Below, piece by piece: positions 1 through 12,389 of a stretch of DNA of 64,000 nt (its first letter is position 1; each line of letters starts with the position of its first letter). The DNA comes from Mobula hypostoma (lineage: Eukaryota): positions 39,558,001-39,622,000 of the forward strand of contig NC_086097.1 in the NCBI RefSeq assembly GCF_963921235.1. Reading direction: 5' to 3'. Both the position numbers and the translations under genes were made by a program. The notes beneath the pieces are model-generated. The model did no database searches. It was not told the DNA's origin and worked only from the letters and a program-made list of their open reading frames with translations.

Positions 1-46
1 TGTAGGTTTTCTATGTTTCTATGTCTTTGTTTCTATAACAAGGTAG

Positions 47-1357
47 CAGACTTCCCACCTCTCCCGGAAGTTCCGGGAGTCTCCCTCATATCGATAGTGG
101 CTCCCTGACGCCCGGAAATAGATTTTTTTGAGAAAGAGAGGGGGAGGGAGAGCGAGCGTCCTGATTGGTCTCTGTTCGTGCTAAGCATGGTCCCCAACCA
201 CCAGGCCACGAGGAAACGATATGATTTGGCGATATGAAATGATATGAGTCAGCTGCACCTTTCCTCATTCTCTGTCACGCACTGTTGAATTTTAACGCAC
301 GCAAGGTCATCAGTGACCCAAGACTTGCAAAAGAATGGGTCTGTGACCCATTTGTGAATGTCCCCGGTGAATCTTCCATGTCAGCGCGGAAAAAAGATCA
401 ACTCCTCGAGCTTGCAAATGACGGTGGGCTGAAAAGTATGTTTGACATAACATCTCTGCCGGCATTCTGGATCAAAGTCAAGGCTGCATATCCTGAGATA
501 GCCATAAAAGCACTGAAAACGTTGCTTCCATTTCCAACATATTTCTGCGAAGCGGAGTTTTCTGCAATGAATACAACGAAAACTAAATTGCGGAATAGAT
601 TGGACATAAGGAATCCCCTTCGAGTATCGCTGTCTCCCATCACTCCTCGATAGGACCGTCTTGTTGCTGGAAAACAAGCCCAGGGCTCCCACCGATTCAG
701 CGATATTGGTGTGTTGCAATGATTTTATATGTTCATACGGGGAAAATGTGCGCTGTGTGTTTAATATCCAAACGTTACTTAAAATGTTATGATGCGATTG
801 ACTTATCACCTATATTCCGGTTGTGATTAACACCCCCGCCCCCGGTCGGCCGGTTCGCAAGAATATTGTCAATATTAAACAGGTCTGCGGTGCAAAAACG
901 ATTGCGGACCCCTGCTATGTAGACCTATCAGTTTCCTCTGTGGACGGGCTGTACAGTCGACCTCAAAAATAATGACAGTGTTGCTCGCTGCACTGTTTGC
1001 AACAGTGACTTTTCTATTGTCCATGGTGGGTTAAAACGTAAAAGACATGTTGAGGTGAGTTTAACAGGTGTTATTACAGTTTAGCTAACGTTATTTAAAC
1101 TAGCTGGCTGGCTGCCAAGGAGCTACGCTATTGATGTCCTACGTGATGAGGCCAAACTCCCTGTAGACTTGCTTAAAGTTGTAATAGAATAAACATGATA
1201 ATATAATATAAGTACATATTTTAATGTCACATTTTCTGCATATATCCAACTTGGTTTACAGATTAGACAAAATCACTGAACAAAGTTATACGTACATCCT
1301 TGGGGGTGGGGGGGGTGCTACCTCCCTGAGATGAGTTTTTGCAGGGTGGGATGTCTG
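47..1357 (+). mobile_element. Non-autonomous hAT-like DNA transposon with BED zinc-finger relic and 6-bp target-site duplication
   Basis: TIRs CAGACTTCCCACC (47) and GGTGGGATGTCTG (1345-1357, 1 mismatch). AGGTAG flanks both sides (41-46, 1358-1363). About 968-1054 reads NNDSVARCTVCNSDFSIVHGGLKRKRHVE (BED-finger-like), followed by GTGAGT. Confidence 0.75.
186..914 (+). mobile_element. Internally deleted hAT Buster/Charlie-type element nested in the previous element
   Basis: Ends CATGGTCCCCAACC and GATTGCGGACCCCTG are degenerate TIRs. ORF 285-653 encodes the hAT C-terminal dimerisation region (FWIKVKAAYPEIAIKALKTLLPFPTYFCEAEFSAM..KTKLRNRLD), followed by ..KQAQGSH. Confidence 0.85.
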
Positions 1358-1466
1358 AGGTAGGCTGTGACACTATGAGTCCATCTTATCGTACAAGATG
1401 TTCATTCAAGGGTCAGATAACAGCTGGATATGCTGTTCATAATTTCATATGATGTTATGAAAATAT

Positions 1467-1818
1467 GGTATCTGTAAACTGCCTGGTATTAGCACTACCA
1501 AAGACAAGTAACAGAGCAACAATTATCAACAGAAGCTTCCCGATTGAAAGCAGTGAAATCACAATTAACAAAATTCATACTATCCATGGAAACCAATACA
1601 GACACCTGTTGATCCTGCAGAAATAACCAGCCTCACTGTCTACACCACTGAACTCTTTCTTATTTCTGAACTTTGACTTTTGATGAGGTATTGTTAACCT
1701 CATTTTGTCAACATTTGTTAAATAAAAAAGGGGAGGAAAGTACCATTGCCAAGTGTGACTATGTGGATATTTACTTGCTGCTGTTCTACCTCCATATGCC
1801 AGCTGTGCTCAGCCACCA
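1467..1818 (+). pseudogene. Collagen relic block
   Basis: GIC KLP GIS TTK at 1467; YYP WKP . QTP VDP AEI at about 1578-1625. From 1730 GEE STI AKC DYV DIY LLL FYL HMP AVL SH (7 of 10 first codons Gly or one substitution from Gly). Followed by an AT-rich intron-like tract. Confidence 0.65.
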
Positions 1819-2113
1819 GTATAAATAATTATTATCAACACTACTTTCTGATGCACACTGAGTTGTCTGTTTCCATTATTTACTTTACTTTATTACTTCT
1901 CATAAATTGGCATTAATATAGTATATTTTCTACTTTATTGCTCAGGATTTCTCCCCAGGAAGAATGTTGGAGCTGTATTGCAATCTTGCTCTGTGAATAA
2001 CATTTAACTCTTAATTTTAAAGTGTTGGTGTATTTCTGTAGCTTCTGCCTAAATTATGCTTTTTGAGGTTGAATGGGTCATTTCAAACCGTTGTATTTTA
2101 TTACTCACAACAG

Positions 2114-2173
2114 AGTGAAGGATATAAAGGATAAAAATAATAAGCAGAAAGCCATTTAAAAGCATATATTTCA
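2114..2173 (+). pseudogene. Small collagen relic exon (60 nt)
   Basis: caacag| SE GYK G*K **A ESH LKA YIS |gtaagt. Intact splice sites, ends on a Y position, stops in all frames. Similar small candidates at 1946-1974, 2275-2314 (EMK ALY VMD GLQ R) and 2461-2489 (GLP VDF). Confidence 0.6.
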
Positions 2174-2560
2174 GTAAGTCTCCTGAATAACCTGGAATTG
2201 GCAAGAAAACTATCCACTAATATTATGAAAGGCAGCAAACAAAATCACTGCCTTTTTAGATAGTATCTCTTCTTGAGATGAAAGCCCTCTACGTGATGGA
2301 TGGATTACAAAGGGGTACAGTCGATGCTGTGTATTGAAGTAATAACAAAAGAGCTCTATTATTTTTTATTTGTAGTCATTTGGATGATGCTGCAACACTC
2401 ATTACAACAAAAGTAGTGACGAAGTGAAAAATGTCTGCTCTCCTCTGATTGATTCTTTAGGTCTCCCTGTAGATTTCCTTTCAGTTCAGGTGCAGAGTTG
2501 GTGCTATTGAATTGTTTTTCAACTCAAAACACAAAGCATGGCATGTTTGAGAAATAACAG

Positions 2561-3812
2561 GAACTCCCCACCTTGTATGTACAGCTGCAACATCTCCATC
2601 TTAGCAGAAAGGTATTGATAAGTTCATAATAGGTCGAAGGAAGGCCGAAAGCACATATTGCTAGGAAGTGCTGCATACGTCCTAACTACAACATTAGCTG
2701 CAGAGCTTCCAATTAGGTGTGCGATACCTGAATATTGTTCTGTAGAGCTGGTCACATTGGGCATCATAATGGGAAGGGCACTGCCAGAGATACGTTTTCT
2801 TGGTCATCTCACAGACAGCATAGACTAATGGCTGGGTGCAGTATGAAAGGGAGATTGCAGACTGCAAGCAGGGAGGATATTGGACATCAGTACAGGTTTT
2901 TCCTCCAAGATCTAATCTCACTCCTAGCAACGTACCTCAGTAATCCTAGAAAACTGTTAGGGAAGGAATTGCTGCGCCGTTTCCTAGTCAGAATGAACAA
3001 AGTGGCCCAAAAGGTACTCTATGATCCTTTGTTCCTATACTGTAATATCTTGAGTAGTAAGGGTGGCCAAGGTCATGGGGAGAAGGCAGGGATGTGTGGG
3101 ATAATAAATCAGCCATGATGGAATGGTGGAGCAGTCTCATTGGGGCTGAATGGACTAATTCTGCTCCTATGATTTATGATCTTCCTCATCTCTTTAAATG
3201 CTGGTCACTGCAGCCATGATGGAAGCAGTTAGAACTTGCTGGACAGCCATCTGAGCTTCTACTGAAGTACTGTGCTGCACGTCTATACCATATACTGAGG
3301 AATCAGCCAAATGATGATGCAACATGTGGAGCGGAGTTGTCTGCCACTTCCGTGCAAGAAAGATCGACTTACAAGTCTGTGCAAAGTTGACAATGTGCTC
3401 ATTTTCAGGACTTCTGCTATTACTGCCGTTCCACAAAGCATTTTTTTTTTGGTGTATACTTGGAGCTTAGGGTTTTTAGCAATAAGATGGCAGACAATTC
3501 CATTGCATGTGCCCATCATTATCTGGCTGATTTCTTGCATCTAGTAGAGCACATGTAGATTATTGATGTCTCTATCAGGATGGTTGAACTTGTTATTTCC
3601 TACAGGCTAGACTCACCACAGGTGGCAATGCAATGATTTGCGGTAATGACTAAATTTTGTATTAGTGCTCACATACACGCAAGGGCCAGGAAGTCTCAAG
3701 CCATCAAATGAATGGGCAAGGATAGCTCTTGAGTGATACCACTTATCACCCTTCCTGAGCAGCGAATCTAGTCCTAAATGTTAAACTCTATCTGCAGGGA
3801 ATAATGAATAAC
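2561..3812 (+). pseudogene. Long collagen relic block, interrupted by a CR1 3' tail at about 3045-3180
   Basis: 2741-2884 reads CRA GHI GHH NGK GTA RDT FSW SSH RQH RLM AGC SMK GRL QTA SRE DIG (12 of 16 first codons Gly or one substitution away). Later SQN EQS GPK G, ELA GQP, GQE, SPK, GNN. Confidence 0.8.
3045..3180 (+). mobile_element. CR1 LINE 3' end fragment
   Basis: ggggagaaggcagg...aatcagccatgatggaatggtggagcag...ctaattctgctcctatg matches the CR1 3' UTR seen in other copies in this window (for example 31320-31418). Confidence 0.75.
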
Positions 3813-3814
3813 AG

Positions 3815-5090
3815 TAGAATAGTAGGTGATTTTAGCTTTCCGCATATTGACTGGGACTCCCATATTATAAAAGGACTAGATGGGATAGAGTTTGTCAAAT
3901 ATGCTCAGGAATGTTTTCATAGTCAGTACGTAGAAATCCCAATGAGTGAGTGTGCTCTTGGTCTTCTATTAGGCAGGTAGGAAAGTACTTTACATCTAGT
4001 TATCAGAATGCCATTAGTTTCAAAGTAAATATGGAAAAGGATAGGTCTGGTTAGTGGGTTGAGATTCTAGACTGGAGAAAGGCCAATTTTGATGGCATCA
4101 GAAAGGATCTGGCAAGTGTGAATTGGGATAGTTTCTTTTCTGGAAAAGGTGTACTTTGTAAGTGAGAGACTTTCAAAAGTGAAATTTCAATAGTACAAAG
4201 CTTTTCCGCTAAGTTTAAATGGGACTGGAACTAGAGATCATAGGTTAAGTGTGAAAGGTGAAAAGTTTAAGGGGAACACGAGGGGAAACTTCTACACTCA
4301 GAGGGTCATGAGTGTGCAGAACAAGATGCCAGTGCAAGTGCAAGCACAAGCATAAAACGTGTTTGAAGTGGAGGGATTTCTAAAATTACCAAGAGTAACT
4401 GGGCAACAACATCATCGACGGAGTCAGCTGAATTCTGAAGGAATGGATCCCAGGTGGTGGGGAGAGGACCAGTTTAAACAACAGACTTACATGATCCCAT
4501 CCTCATCAATCTACCTGTTGCAAATACAGAGTTAGTGACAATGAACATCACCCAGTCCTTGTGGAGAAGAAGTCCTGAAGTTTCTCAGGGTGACACTGTA
4601 ATAATAGCAGATAGGAAAGTGACACTGTGAAGCACAGTACAATTGTTTTTGACCACATCTGTGAGCTTGTGATCTGATGTTTCACTCTGCATATATTACC
4701 GTCACATATGGGGATTTCAATGAAAAGTGCAGAAGAACAGCACTGAGAGTGGCTAAAATTGGCAGCAATATGACGGCATGACCTGGCCATCTGAGTGATA
4801 GAAAACTCCCCATGCCATAAGCAGGGCTAAGCAATCCTATATCCAATGGATCAGATCAAATTTCGGCAGTCCTGCCACATTCCAGATGGCAGAGAATTAA
4901 ACAGATAACAGGATGAGGAAGCCTCAAATCTTCTTTATCATCTCCTATGGCAGAACTTAAGAAATAAATGGCAAAGGCAAGGATACAGAAGCCATACAGG
5001 CAGTGAACATGTCCAACAGCAGACAGTCTAATCTTCCGTTTTGCCTTTGCCATGCGCTGAGTATTGCACTAATAACATTCAACAAAGATA
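3815..5090 (+). mobile_element. Degraded LINE fragments (CR1 endonuclease and 3' pieces, then an older CR1/L2-clade endonuclease-linker relic)
   Basis: VGDFSFPHIDW-like motif at about 3822; gaggggaaacttctacactcagagggtc at about 4281; AKQS..WIRS..SPAT-like relic at about 4825-4880. Confidence 0.6.
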
Positions 5091-5096
5091 CTGTTG

Positions 5097-5366
5097 AGGC
5101 AATGATCTGATAACCCTTACAGTAATGTTGTCTGAGGGATAAATATTCTTCAGAATATCTTCCTGGAATATTTCTCATCAACCTGAAATAACCCGGGTTT
5201 AATCTTTCGTCAGTGAGATTGTCCCTCTTTGACAAAGTTGCTCCATTGGCACCACTGGCAGTGCTGTTCTCCCTCTGTATTGCACTGGAGCATTCCTGGA
5301 GTATGATTTGAAACCACAACTTTCCAACTGGAGGTGGGAATATCATGAAGTGAATCACAGCTGGCA
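5097..5366 (-). mobile_element. Old Deu-domain SINE (SacSINE1/AmnSINE1-like) relic
   Basis: The + strand shows gatgttg..tgagggataaatatt and ctccctc.gtattgcactggag-type segments, which match the reverse complement of the Deu-SINE consensus as I remember it. Confidence 0.55.
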
Positions 5367-5387
5367 GTCTATTTCATTCTTTGCAAG

Positions 5388-5700
5388 TTAGCATGTTACA
5401 AACATCATGCACCAGGCAGCTGGCAGCTGGGGTATGTCATGACATTAATTCTCTTCAATTAAAAGAGGTGTGCCAAACTCCTCTTTTTAAATCATAGTCT
5501 CTGTTGCCATACTTAAACATTTCAGAAGTATGCAGACAGCTGCTCCTTCTTATCTTGAATTTAGAGACAGTTTGATCTCTAGCCAAGAGCAAAGTTACCA
5601 ATTTTCAAATAATTCACATTCCTAGATTACTATGTTCATAAGAATTTACTGGGCTAGTCAGACACTGATTTAAGATCATTTCTACACTTCTTCACATATC
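5388..5700 (+). pseudogene. Collagen relic: 44-nt exon plus following block
   Basis: ttctttgcaag| LAC YKH HAP GSW QL |gtatgt (5388-5431). 5615-5668 reads HIP RLL CS* EFT GLV RH*. Confidence 0.6.
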
Positions 5701-7490
5701 ATAAGACTAACATATTGGAGCAGAATTAGGCCATTTGGCCCATCGAGTCTGCTCTGCCATTTCATCACGGCTGATGCAATTTTCCTCTCAGCCCCAACTT
5801 CCTGTCTTCTCCCCCGTATCCTCTCTTGCCCTGACCAGTTAAGAATGTTTCAACCTCTGCCTTAAATATACATAAGGACTTGGCCTCCACAGCTGCCTGT
5901 GGCAAAGAATTCCACAGATTCACCACCCTCTGGCTAAAGAAATTCCTCCTCATCTCTGTTCTGAAAGGATGCCCCTCTATTCTGAGGCTGTGTCATCTGG
6001 TCTTAGTCTTTGCCACCATAAGAAACATCCCCTCCACATCTACTCTATCAAAACTTTTCACCATTAGATAGGTTTCAATGAGTCACCTATCATTCGTCTG
6101 AATTCCAGTTCAGAACACTCTCCAGTTTCAACACATCCTTTCTAAGATAAGGGGCCCAAACTACTACTACGTCGACTCAGGCCTAGGGGGCCGGCGTCGG
6201 GTACAATGGCAGACTCTCCACTTCTTCCTCTCCCTCATCAGTGTGTTCAGTTCATCTACATTAGCCGCGCCGCTGACTTCTAGGAGCATGTTGACCACAG
6301 TCTTGGGAGTGCGGCCGGGGTTCATCCTCCCGTGCTTGGGCTCCCATATGATGACTAGACTGGCAGGTAGCTCGAGGTGGCGTAGACAGTGCCCTGCTAG
6401 TTGCAGTCTTCTCGCCTCGATTTTAGTGGTGACCATCGGTAGGTCATCATAGAGCTCGAGGTTCGTCATGTGCTGTTGCCAACTCACGTCAAGAGCCATC
6501 CGGAGCATTCATGTATAGCAACCATTGTGAGCAGTTTTGGGCTGGAGCATTCGGAGCATTATATACGAATGCTCCGGCTCAAAACTGCTCACAATACCCT
6601 AAGTGAGGCCTCACCAGTGCTTTATAAAATCTCAACATCACACCCTTGTTTTTATATTTTAGTCCTCTTGAAATGAGTGCTAATGTTACAGTTGTCTTCC
6701 TTACCACAGACTGAAACTGCAAATTAACCTTTAGGGAATCCTGCACAAGGGCCCCCAAGCCCCTTTGCATCTCAGATTTTTGTATTTTCTGTCTATTTAG
6801 AAAATAATCAACTCTTTCATTTCTTCTACCAAAGTGCATGACCATACACTACCTGATATTGTAATCTATCTGCCATTTCTTTGCTCATTCTCCTAAACTG
6901 TCTAAATCCTTCTGTAGCCTCTCTACTTCCTCAAAACTACCTCCCCCTCCACCTATCTTCATATCACCTGCAAACTTTGCAACAAAGCCATCAATTCCAT
7001 CATCGAAATCATTAACATATAACGTAAAAACAATTGGTCCCACACAGACTCCTGTGGAACACTACTGGTCAGCAGCAGCCAGTCAGAAAAGGCTCCCTTT
7101 ATTCCCATACTTTGCCTCCTGCCAATCAGCCACTGCTTTATCCATACTAGAATCTTTCCTATAATACTATGAGCTCATAGCTTGTTAAGTAGCCTCATGT
7201 GTGGCCCTTTGTCAAAGGCCTCCTTAAAATCCAAGTACACAACATCAACCAATTCTCCTTTCTCTATCCTGCTTGTTATTTCTTCAAATAATTCCAACAG
7301 ATTTGTCAGGCAAGATTTTCTCTTGAGGAGACCATGCTGACTACAACCAAATTTTATCAGGTACCCTGAAACCTCATCCTTAATAGTCGACTCCAATATC
7401 TTCCCAACCACTGAGGTCAGACTAGCTGGCCTATAGTTTCCTTTCTCCTGTCTCTCTCCCTTCTTGAATAGTGGAGCAACATTTGCAAAA
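5700..7490 (-). mobile_element. 5'-truncated CR1 LINE (RT and 3' end)
   Basis: Minus ORFs 7175-7507 (ANVAPLFKKG..GNYRPASLTSVVGK..SQHG..SCLTNL..VYLDF..AFD), 6579-6845 and 5765-5953 (RRNFFSQRVVNLWNSLP). Confidence 0.95.
6161..6578 (-). mobile_element. RTE/RTE-X-clade LINE 3' fragment nested in CR1
   Basis: ORF 6167-6508 LRMALDVSWQQHMTNLELY..RRLQLAGHCLRH..WEP.HG..GR..RKKWR. (CTA)n tail at 6161. The host CR1 resumes at caaaactgctcac (6580). Confidence 0.8.
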
Positions 7491-7533
7491 TTAATAATTT
7501 TAAACATTTAATTTACTCTTCATATTCTTTCAG

Positions 7534-8347
7534 CTATGTATATTGTATATAATTTCATTAAGGTGACAGGCTGGAAAGAAGAATGTTCAACTCTAGACTG
7601 ATTAGATGTTGGTAGAACTTCTCCAGTTTAATTAATTGTAGTGGTCACCAATCTATTGGTCAGGACACTTTCTGCCTGTTGTGCAATGGTTTTGTGTATG
7701 AACTGAGTCAAGTGGTGTGTGGGCATACAATCATGTCCTCCTAATTAGATCTGTGTGGGAGGTATTGCAAAGCCTGGTGAACATTAATGCTTTAGTGCTA
7801 AAGTTTGTGACTGTCCAAATGTGGAAGCCGTGAATTAAATGGATTCAAACAATCATCACTAATTATCACTAATTTACTTTGGATCATTTTGTTTCTGTTT
7901 TGATTGTTAACCTGTGATCGATTTTGGCATCAGCTGTCATTCCATCACTTTCAGAGAAGTACCGAGAGGCAGTTCTTTAAGCAAGGTCTTACTCTTATTT
8001 CGATTTGTGTCATCCACATTGCAAGTTAGATATCCAGCAGCTGAGGCATATCACAAATATGGTCACAAATGAATCCAATAATAAAGGAAATCTAGTTAGC
8101 CAATGGATGACTTGGGGACTTATCACCACATCTGGGATAATTGCTGCAAATCCCATGGATGCATTTTAGGGAAACTGTATAGAAGGGAGAAAGGAATGGG
8201 ATAGGATAACAAAACGGAGAAGGAGGAGGATGAATTGTTTGCATTGATGCCCAAAATTCCTTGTAATCACCAGTTTGTTCCATCACTGCATCTCAAATGC
8301 AATGAATTTCAGCATCTTCTCTGAAAATCCTGAAAATGCAGGAAATT
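7534..8347 (+). pseudogene. Long collagen relic exon (about 814 nt)
   Basis: Acceptor ttctttcag at 7533 and donor gtaagt at 8348. GIA KP GEH (7761), SAK VCD CPN, GSR ELN GFK (7823-7849); ends ENP ENA GN. Confidence 0.7.
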
Positions 8348-8471
8348 GTAAGTTAAGATTCAGCCTTTGGTGCTCCATCTAATAAAATATACAGTATATA
8401 TCACTAGTTTCTCTATTTCCATAAATATTGGTTCACTTTTCCTTCCTGCATGCTGATTTGAATCAACACAC

Positions 8472-9130
8472 GGGGTTCCCTCTTGAAGCACAATTTACCG
8501 TTTTTGCTTTCAGCAGGTGATGCATATTTTCAGCTTTCATTCCCTCTGTCCAGTTCTCCAAATAACAGTATTTTGGTTTTGTTTTATGTGCACATAAAAC
8601 CTCAGTACTGTGGTCTAAACAGAAAATTATTTCACTCTGGAGAGTAAAAGATGTGCTTGTTGCTTGGACTTGACCATCATAGTTTATGACTGATGTTGTT
8701 TATTAGCCTGTCGACTATTTATGGAGCATGGAGATATGGGGTTTCAAACAGAGATATAAGCAAATTGAATATCATTCTTTCATTATATGCAGCACTGACA
8801 ATGGTTAAATGATAATTTGCTATGATTTGGCTGTCTCCATGATTGAATTTGTCCCTGTGAAACAGCCTCTCTGAGAAAAGGAAAGGAAAATATCATAGAA
8901 AATGGTTCAGGTAAATATCATTTCTGTTATGATGTATTGAACAATAAAATATGAAAATGTCTCGACCTGGAATAATTAGTGAAAACTTAGTCCTGCTTTT
9001 TTTTCTAGATCATGTGTCTAGTTTTCAAAGTTTTAGATTATTCATGAATCCAGCAGATGGAGCTCTTTAATGTAATTTGAGTATACTTTAGCAAAAACTG
9101 TCACAAATATGATTGAGGAAATAAAGCAAG
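8472..9130 (+). pseudogene. Cluster of collagen relic exons (45 nt, about 280 nt, about 122 nt)
   Basis: 8472-8516 is exactly 45 nt: GVP S*S TIY RFC FQQ|gtga. 8639 reads GE* KMC LLL GLD; then GDM GFQ; *EK ERK before gtaaat (8911). 9009-9130 is bounded by ttttctag and gtaaaa. Confidence 0.6.
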
Positions 9131-9591
9131 GTAAAATAAATTATTTTGGATGCAGTACAAAGTGAGAGTTCACATGACTCCTGAGATTCATTGGCCAATA
9201 AAAATATCTTTGTGCATGATCAGTTCACCAAAGGACCTGCTGAGTTCCTCCAGCACATTGTGCGTATTTCACTAAAGGAAAAGCTGTGTTTCCTCTTCTG
9301 AATTTGTTCAATATCAAACAGAAGATAAACAGATAGAATTAATTTTTCAGAAGGAGCCTCTTTTTGTTTTGCTATTCATTTTTCCTTTGAGAATACTCCA
9401 TGTTTTGAATAAAATAGGAGTCCTTAAATTTTCATTCATTTAAGAAGACCAACTTGTATCATGGCCACTGTTAGAAATGATAAATATTCCAAGGCATGGC
9501 ATTCAATTAAATATCTTGATCGGTTTGTCCTTTTTAGTGCTGGTTATGATTTACAACAACAATTAAAACCAGCAATATTCTCAGAATTTTA

Positions 9592-10132
9592 TCTCAGTGT
9601 CCACTTAGGAACATCTGTACACCTCATTAATGCAAATAACTAATCAGTCAATCATGTGACAGCAACTCAATGCATAAAGGTATGCAGACATGGTCTAGAG
9701 GTCTGTTCATACCAAACATCAGAATGTGGAGAAATGTAACCTAAATGACTTTGATCATAGAATGACTGTTGGTGCCAGATGGCGTGGGTTGAGTATCTTA
9801 GACACTGTTGATCTCCTGGGATTTCATGTACAGTAGCTTCTCGAATTTACAGAGAATGGTACAAAGAAAGAAAAACATCTGGAGAGTGGCAAATTTGAGG
9901 GTGAAAATGCCTTGTTAATGAGAGAGGTCAGAGGAGAATGTCCAGACTGGTTCCAGCTGACGGTAAGGTGGCTGTAACTCAAACAACCAGGTGTTATAAC
10001 AATAGTGTGCAGAAGAACATCTCTGAAAGCAGAACACATCGAACCTTGAAGTGGATGGACTACAGCAGCAGAAGACCATGAACTCAGTGTCCACCTTATT
10101 ATGTACAGGAGGCAATAAAGTGGCCACTGAGA
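9592..10132. mobile_element. Non-autonomous Tc1/mariner-type element
   Basis: Inverted ends ctcagtgtccactt (9593) and aataaagtggccactgag (about 10114-10131). The interior resembles a Tc1 transposase N-terminal relic (gacttt..gaatg..tgttggtgccaga). Confidence 0.75.
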
Positions 10133-10427
10133 GTAGATTTGACCATTTTTCAAGGGGCATATTAAACAGACGCCTGTTACATGTATTCAAGCTCTATACT
10201 GTACATGTCCTTAACATATTTAATGATTATATGGGCCGTTTTAGATGACTCATCACATCCCACCCTCCATTCTATCCACTACAAAGGCCCCAATTTAAAA
10301 AAAGTAAAGAATTCTAGAGTATTTAACTAAAATTGATTAATGATAAACTTTGTTTAGACAAGAAATAAAAAAGAAATTCATCTGAAAAAGAAACTAGAAT
10401 TGCTATCAATGAGCTGTTTCTGTCAAG

Positions 10428-11900
10428 GGGCTTGGAAACTAATGTGGGAGGTGGGAAGATCAAGTAACTTCAGGAAGTGATGAAGACCCTCTCCAGGTTT
10501 TTAAGTCATTTGATAACTTTTACCGAGCACTTTAAGTCATAATCCACACATTCCAGTCCAACACAAACAAGCATGGGATTACAGAACGTGCCTTTTAGCT
10601 TCTCCTGGGTACAATTGTCATTGGGTACTCCTGCAGCCAGTAGCTTTGCTACCACAGTGATAACCGGGGAAATCTTCAGGTTGATGAGTACCTCCACAAA
10701 CATTCAGCCACCCCACGTTATATATACCCTCCTAACACTCTCCGAATTGCATGAGACCCCCCAACAAATGAATATCCCCATGACCCCACAATTCCTAACT
10801 TGCACCCCTCTGCCCTCTCCAGAACCAGTTTCACTTCTGGATTAGTTCCCCTCCCCCACCAGGGTCACTAAGGGAAGATCCCTCTGTATTTTTCAGCCTC
10901 AGGACTGGCTGCCTGTCTAATCCACTGTAAATGCAAAAATGTGCAATGATCAGTTGCAACTGGTTTTGGATGCAGCAGGGAGAGGACCAAAACTATCGTC
11001 GTCCCACCACATCTCCTTCATACCAGCATACCATTTAAGGTATGCTAGAATTTCCAGCCATTTAGAGCTATTGGTCTATGTGGGGAGTAACATTGGCACA
11101 TTCTTGCTTGGACTAAATAGCTTACAGTATTTCTGTGTTGTTCCGTCTGTGTATTTGCTAAATGAATCACTCTGCTAATTGCCATTCCACTACCTCCAAG
11201 GTGTTTACAATAGGCAGTTAAAGCTATTTAGCAGATAAAAATGCACAGCAAGTAATTTAAAACCCAAAAATGTTTATGATGATTAACATGCATTTAATAT
11301 CTCAGTTGGATGCCTTCTATTGACACATATTACTGGAAGCAACAATTTGATCATATTTAATAATCAATACTACTGCCTGGAAACTAAAAGGCTGTCAAGA
11401 CAGAGCAATAATTAATTTGGCCTGTTTCTTCTGATCGATTATTGTCTACTGATGTAAAAAAGGCAGGTTGCTGCATGCAGTTGATGAAGGATAATGGTAC
11501 AATGATCACATTACAGTTGTAATGTGGGAGTATGGGAATTCTAAACAAATAATTGGACTGATGATTATTGTGTCTAGACACACAAGATCTTTATTCACAT
11601 TTCACTTGCCTTTCTATTACTGCATGAATTCTACACTGTAACAGTCCTGTATAATAATTTAGATTTTTTCAGTACTCAAAGTTATTGATGTTCTATGTAA
11701 TAATTAGAAAATGTCTCCTTCAAACTGCTATTTAACTAATTTTCTGAGGAAAGGGAAGCAATGCAGTTAGGATGAGTAGGTGTGCTTTAATTAACAAGTT
11801 GTGTAGCCAAAACTTTGGGATATAAAGTAGCTGAAAACATTGCAGCAGTTTCCTTGTTGTTGTGGAGTCATGTTGGAGCTGGTTCACACTAGAAAAATGG
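10428..11900 (+). pseudogene. Collagen relic blocks (10428-10688, 10863-11251, about 11375-11600, 11749-11900)
   Basis: GLQ NVP..GTP AAS SFA..GEI (ORF 10573). ccaccag|GH* GKI at 10863. 11038-11154 reads RYA RIS SHL ELL VYV GSN IGT FLL GLN SLQ YFC VVP SVY (9 of 13). 11749 reads ERE AMQ . G*V GVL..GYK VAE NIA AVS. Confidence 0.75.
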
Positions 11901-12035
11901 GTAATGTGACGATAATAAAATGACATCCAGCTCATGATGTTAGTAGCTCAATGCATTTTATGTGTGCTCGCATATTTACAATTGCACGTCATGTAATCAG
12001 CTGTACCTGGAAGATGGGGGGGCTTCACATTTCAA

Positions 12036-12345
12036 AGCAGAATTTGGAGCACAATGTCTATTGTGTGCTGCTGTCATCTTCCTTTTGGGAAGTTAAGCAA
12101 AATTCTGACTTTTACTTGGAAGGGTGCAAAATTGTACTGTTTTGGGGGATAATAATCCTCAGTTTCATAACCAGCATTATGACCCTCATATCCACAAAGT
12201 AGATAATCTGACATGACCATGTTTGTGGGAGCTTCTTGCATCAAAATTAATGACTGTTCTTCATGCTTTACTGTAATGACTATAGTTCATTGGTTGTACA
12301 GCATCTGAAAAATCTTGAGATCCTGAAATATACCCTGTAGGTGCC
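12036..12345 (+). mobile_element. Old Deu-domain SINE relic
   Basis: agataatctg..catgtttgtgggagcttc..tgact..ttcattggttgtacagc resembles the Deu core and 3' part. Confidence 0.55.
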
Positions 12346-12389
12346 AGACCTTATTTGGAGGAGACCTCCAACTAGAAATGAATGGGAAC

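Noticed and set aside
3194..3540. Minus-strand ORFs as a Gypsy integrase or LINE ORF1 relic
   Set aside because: No catalytic motifs; the + strand collagen register explains the segment better.
9593..9616. Apparent triplets LS VHL GTS continuing the collagen register
   Set aside because: They belong to the Tc1-type terminal repeat. This shows that short triplet matches can arise by chance, so weak blocks need statistical testing.
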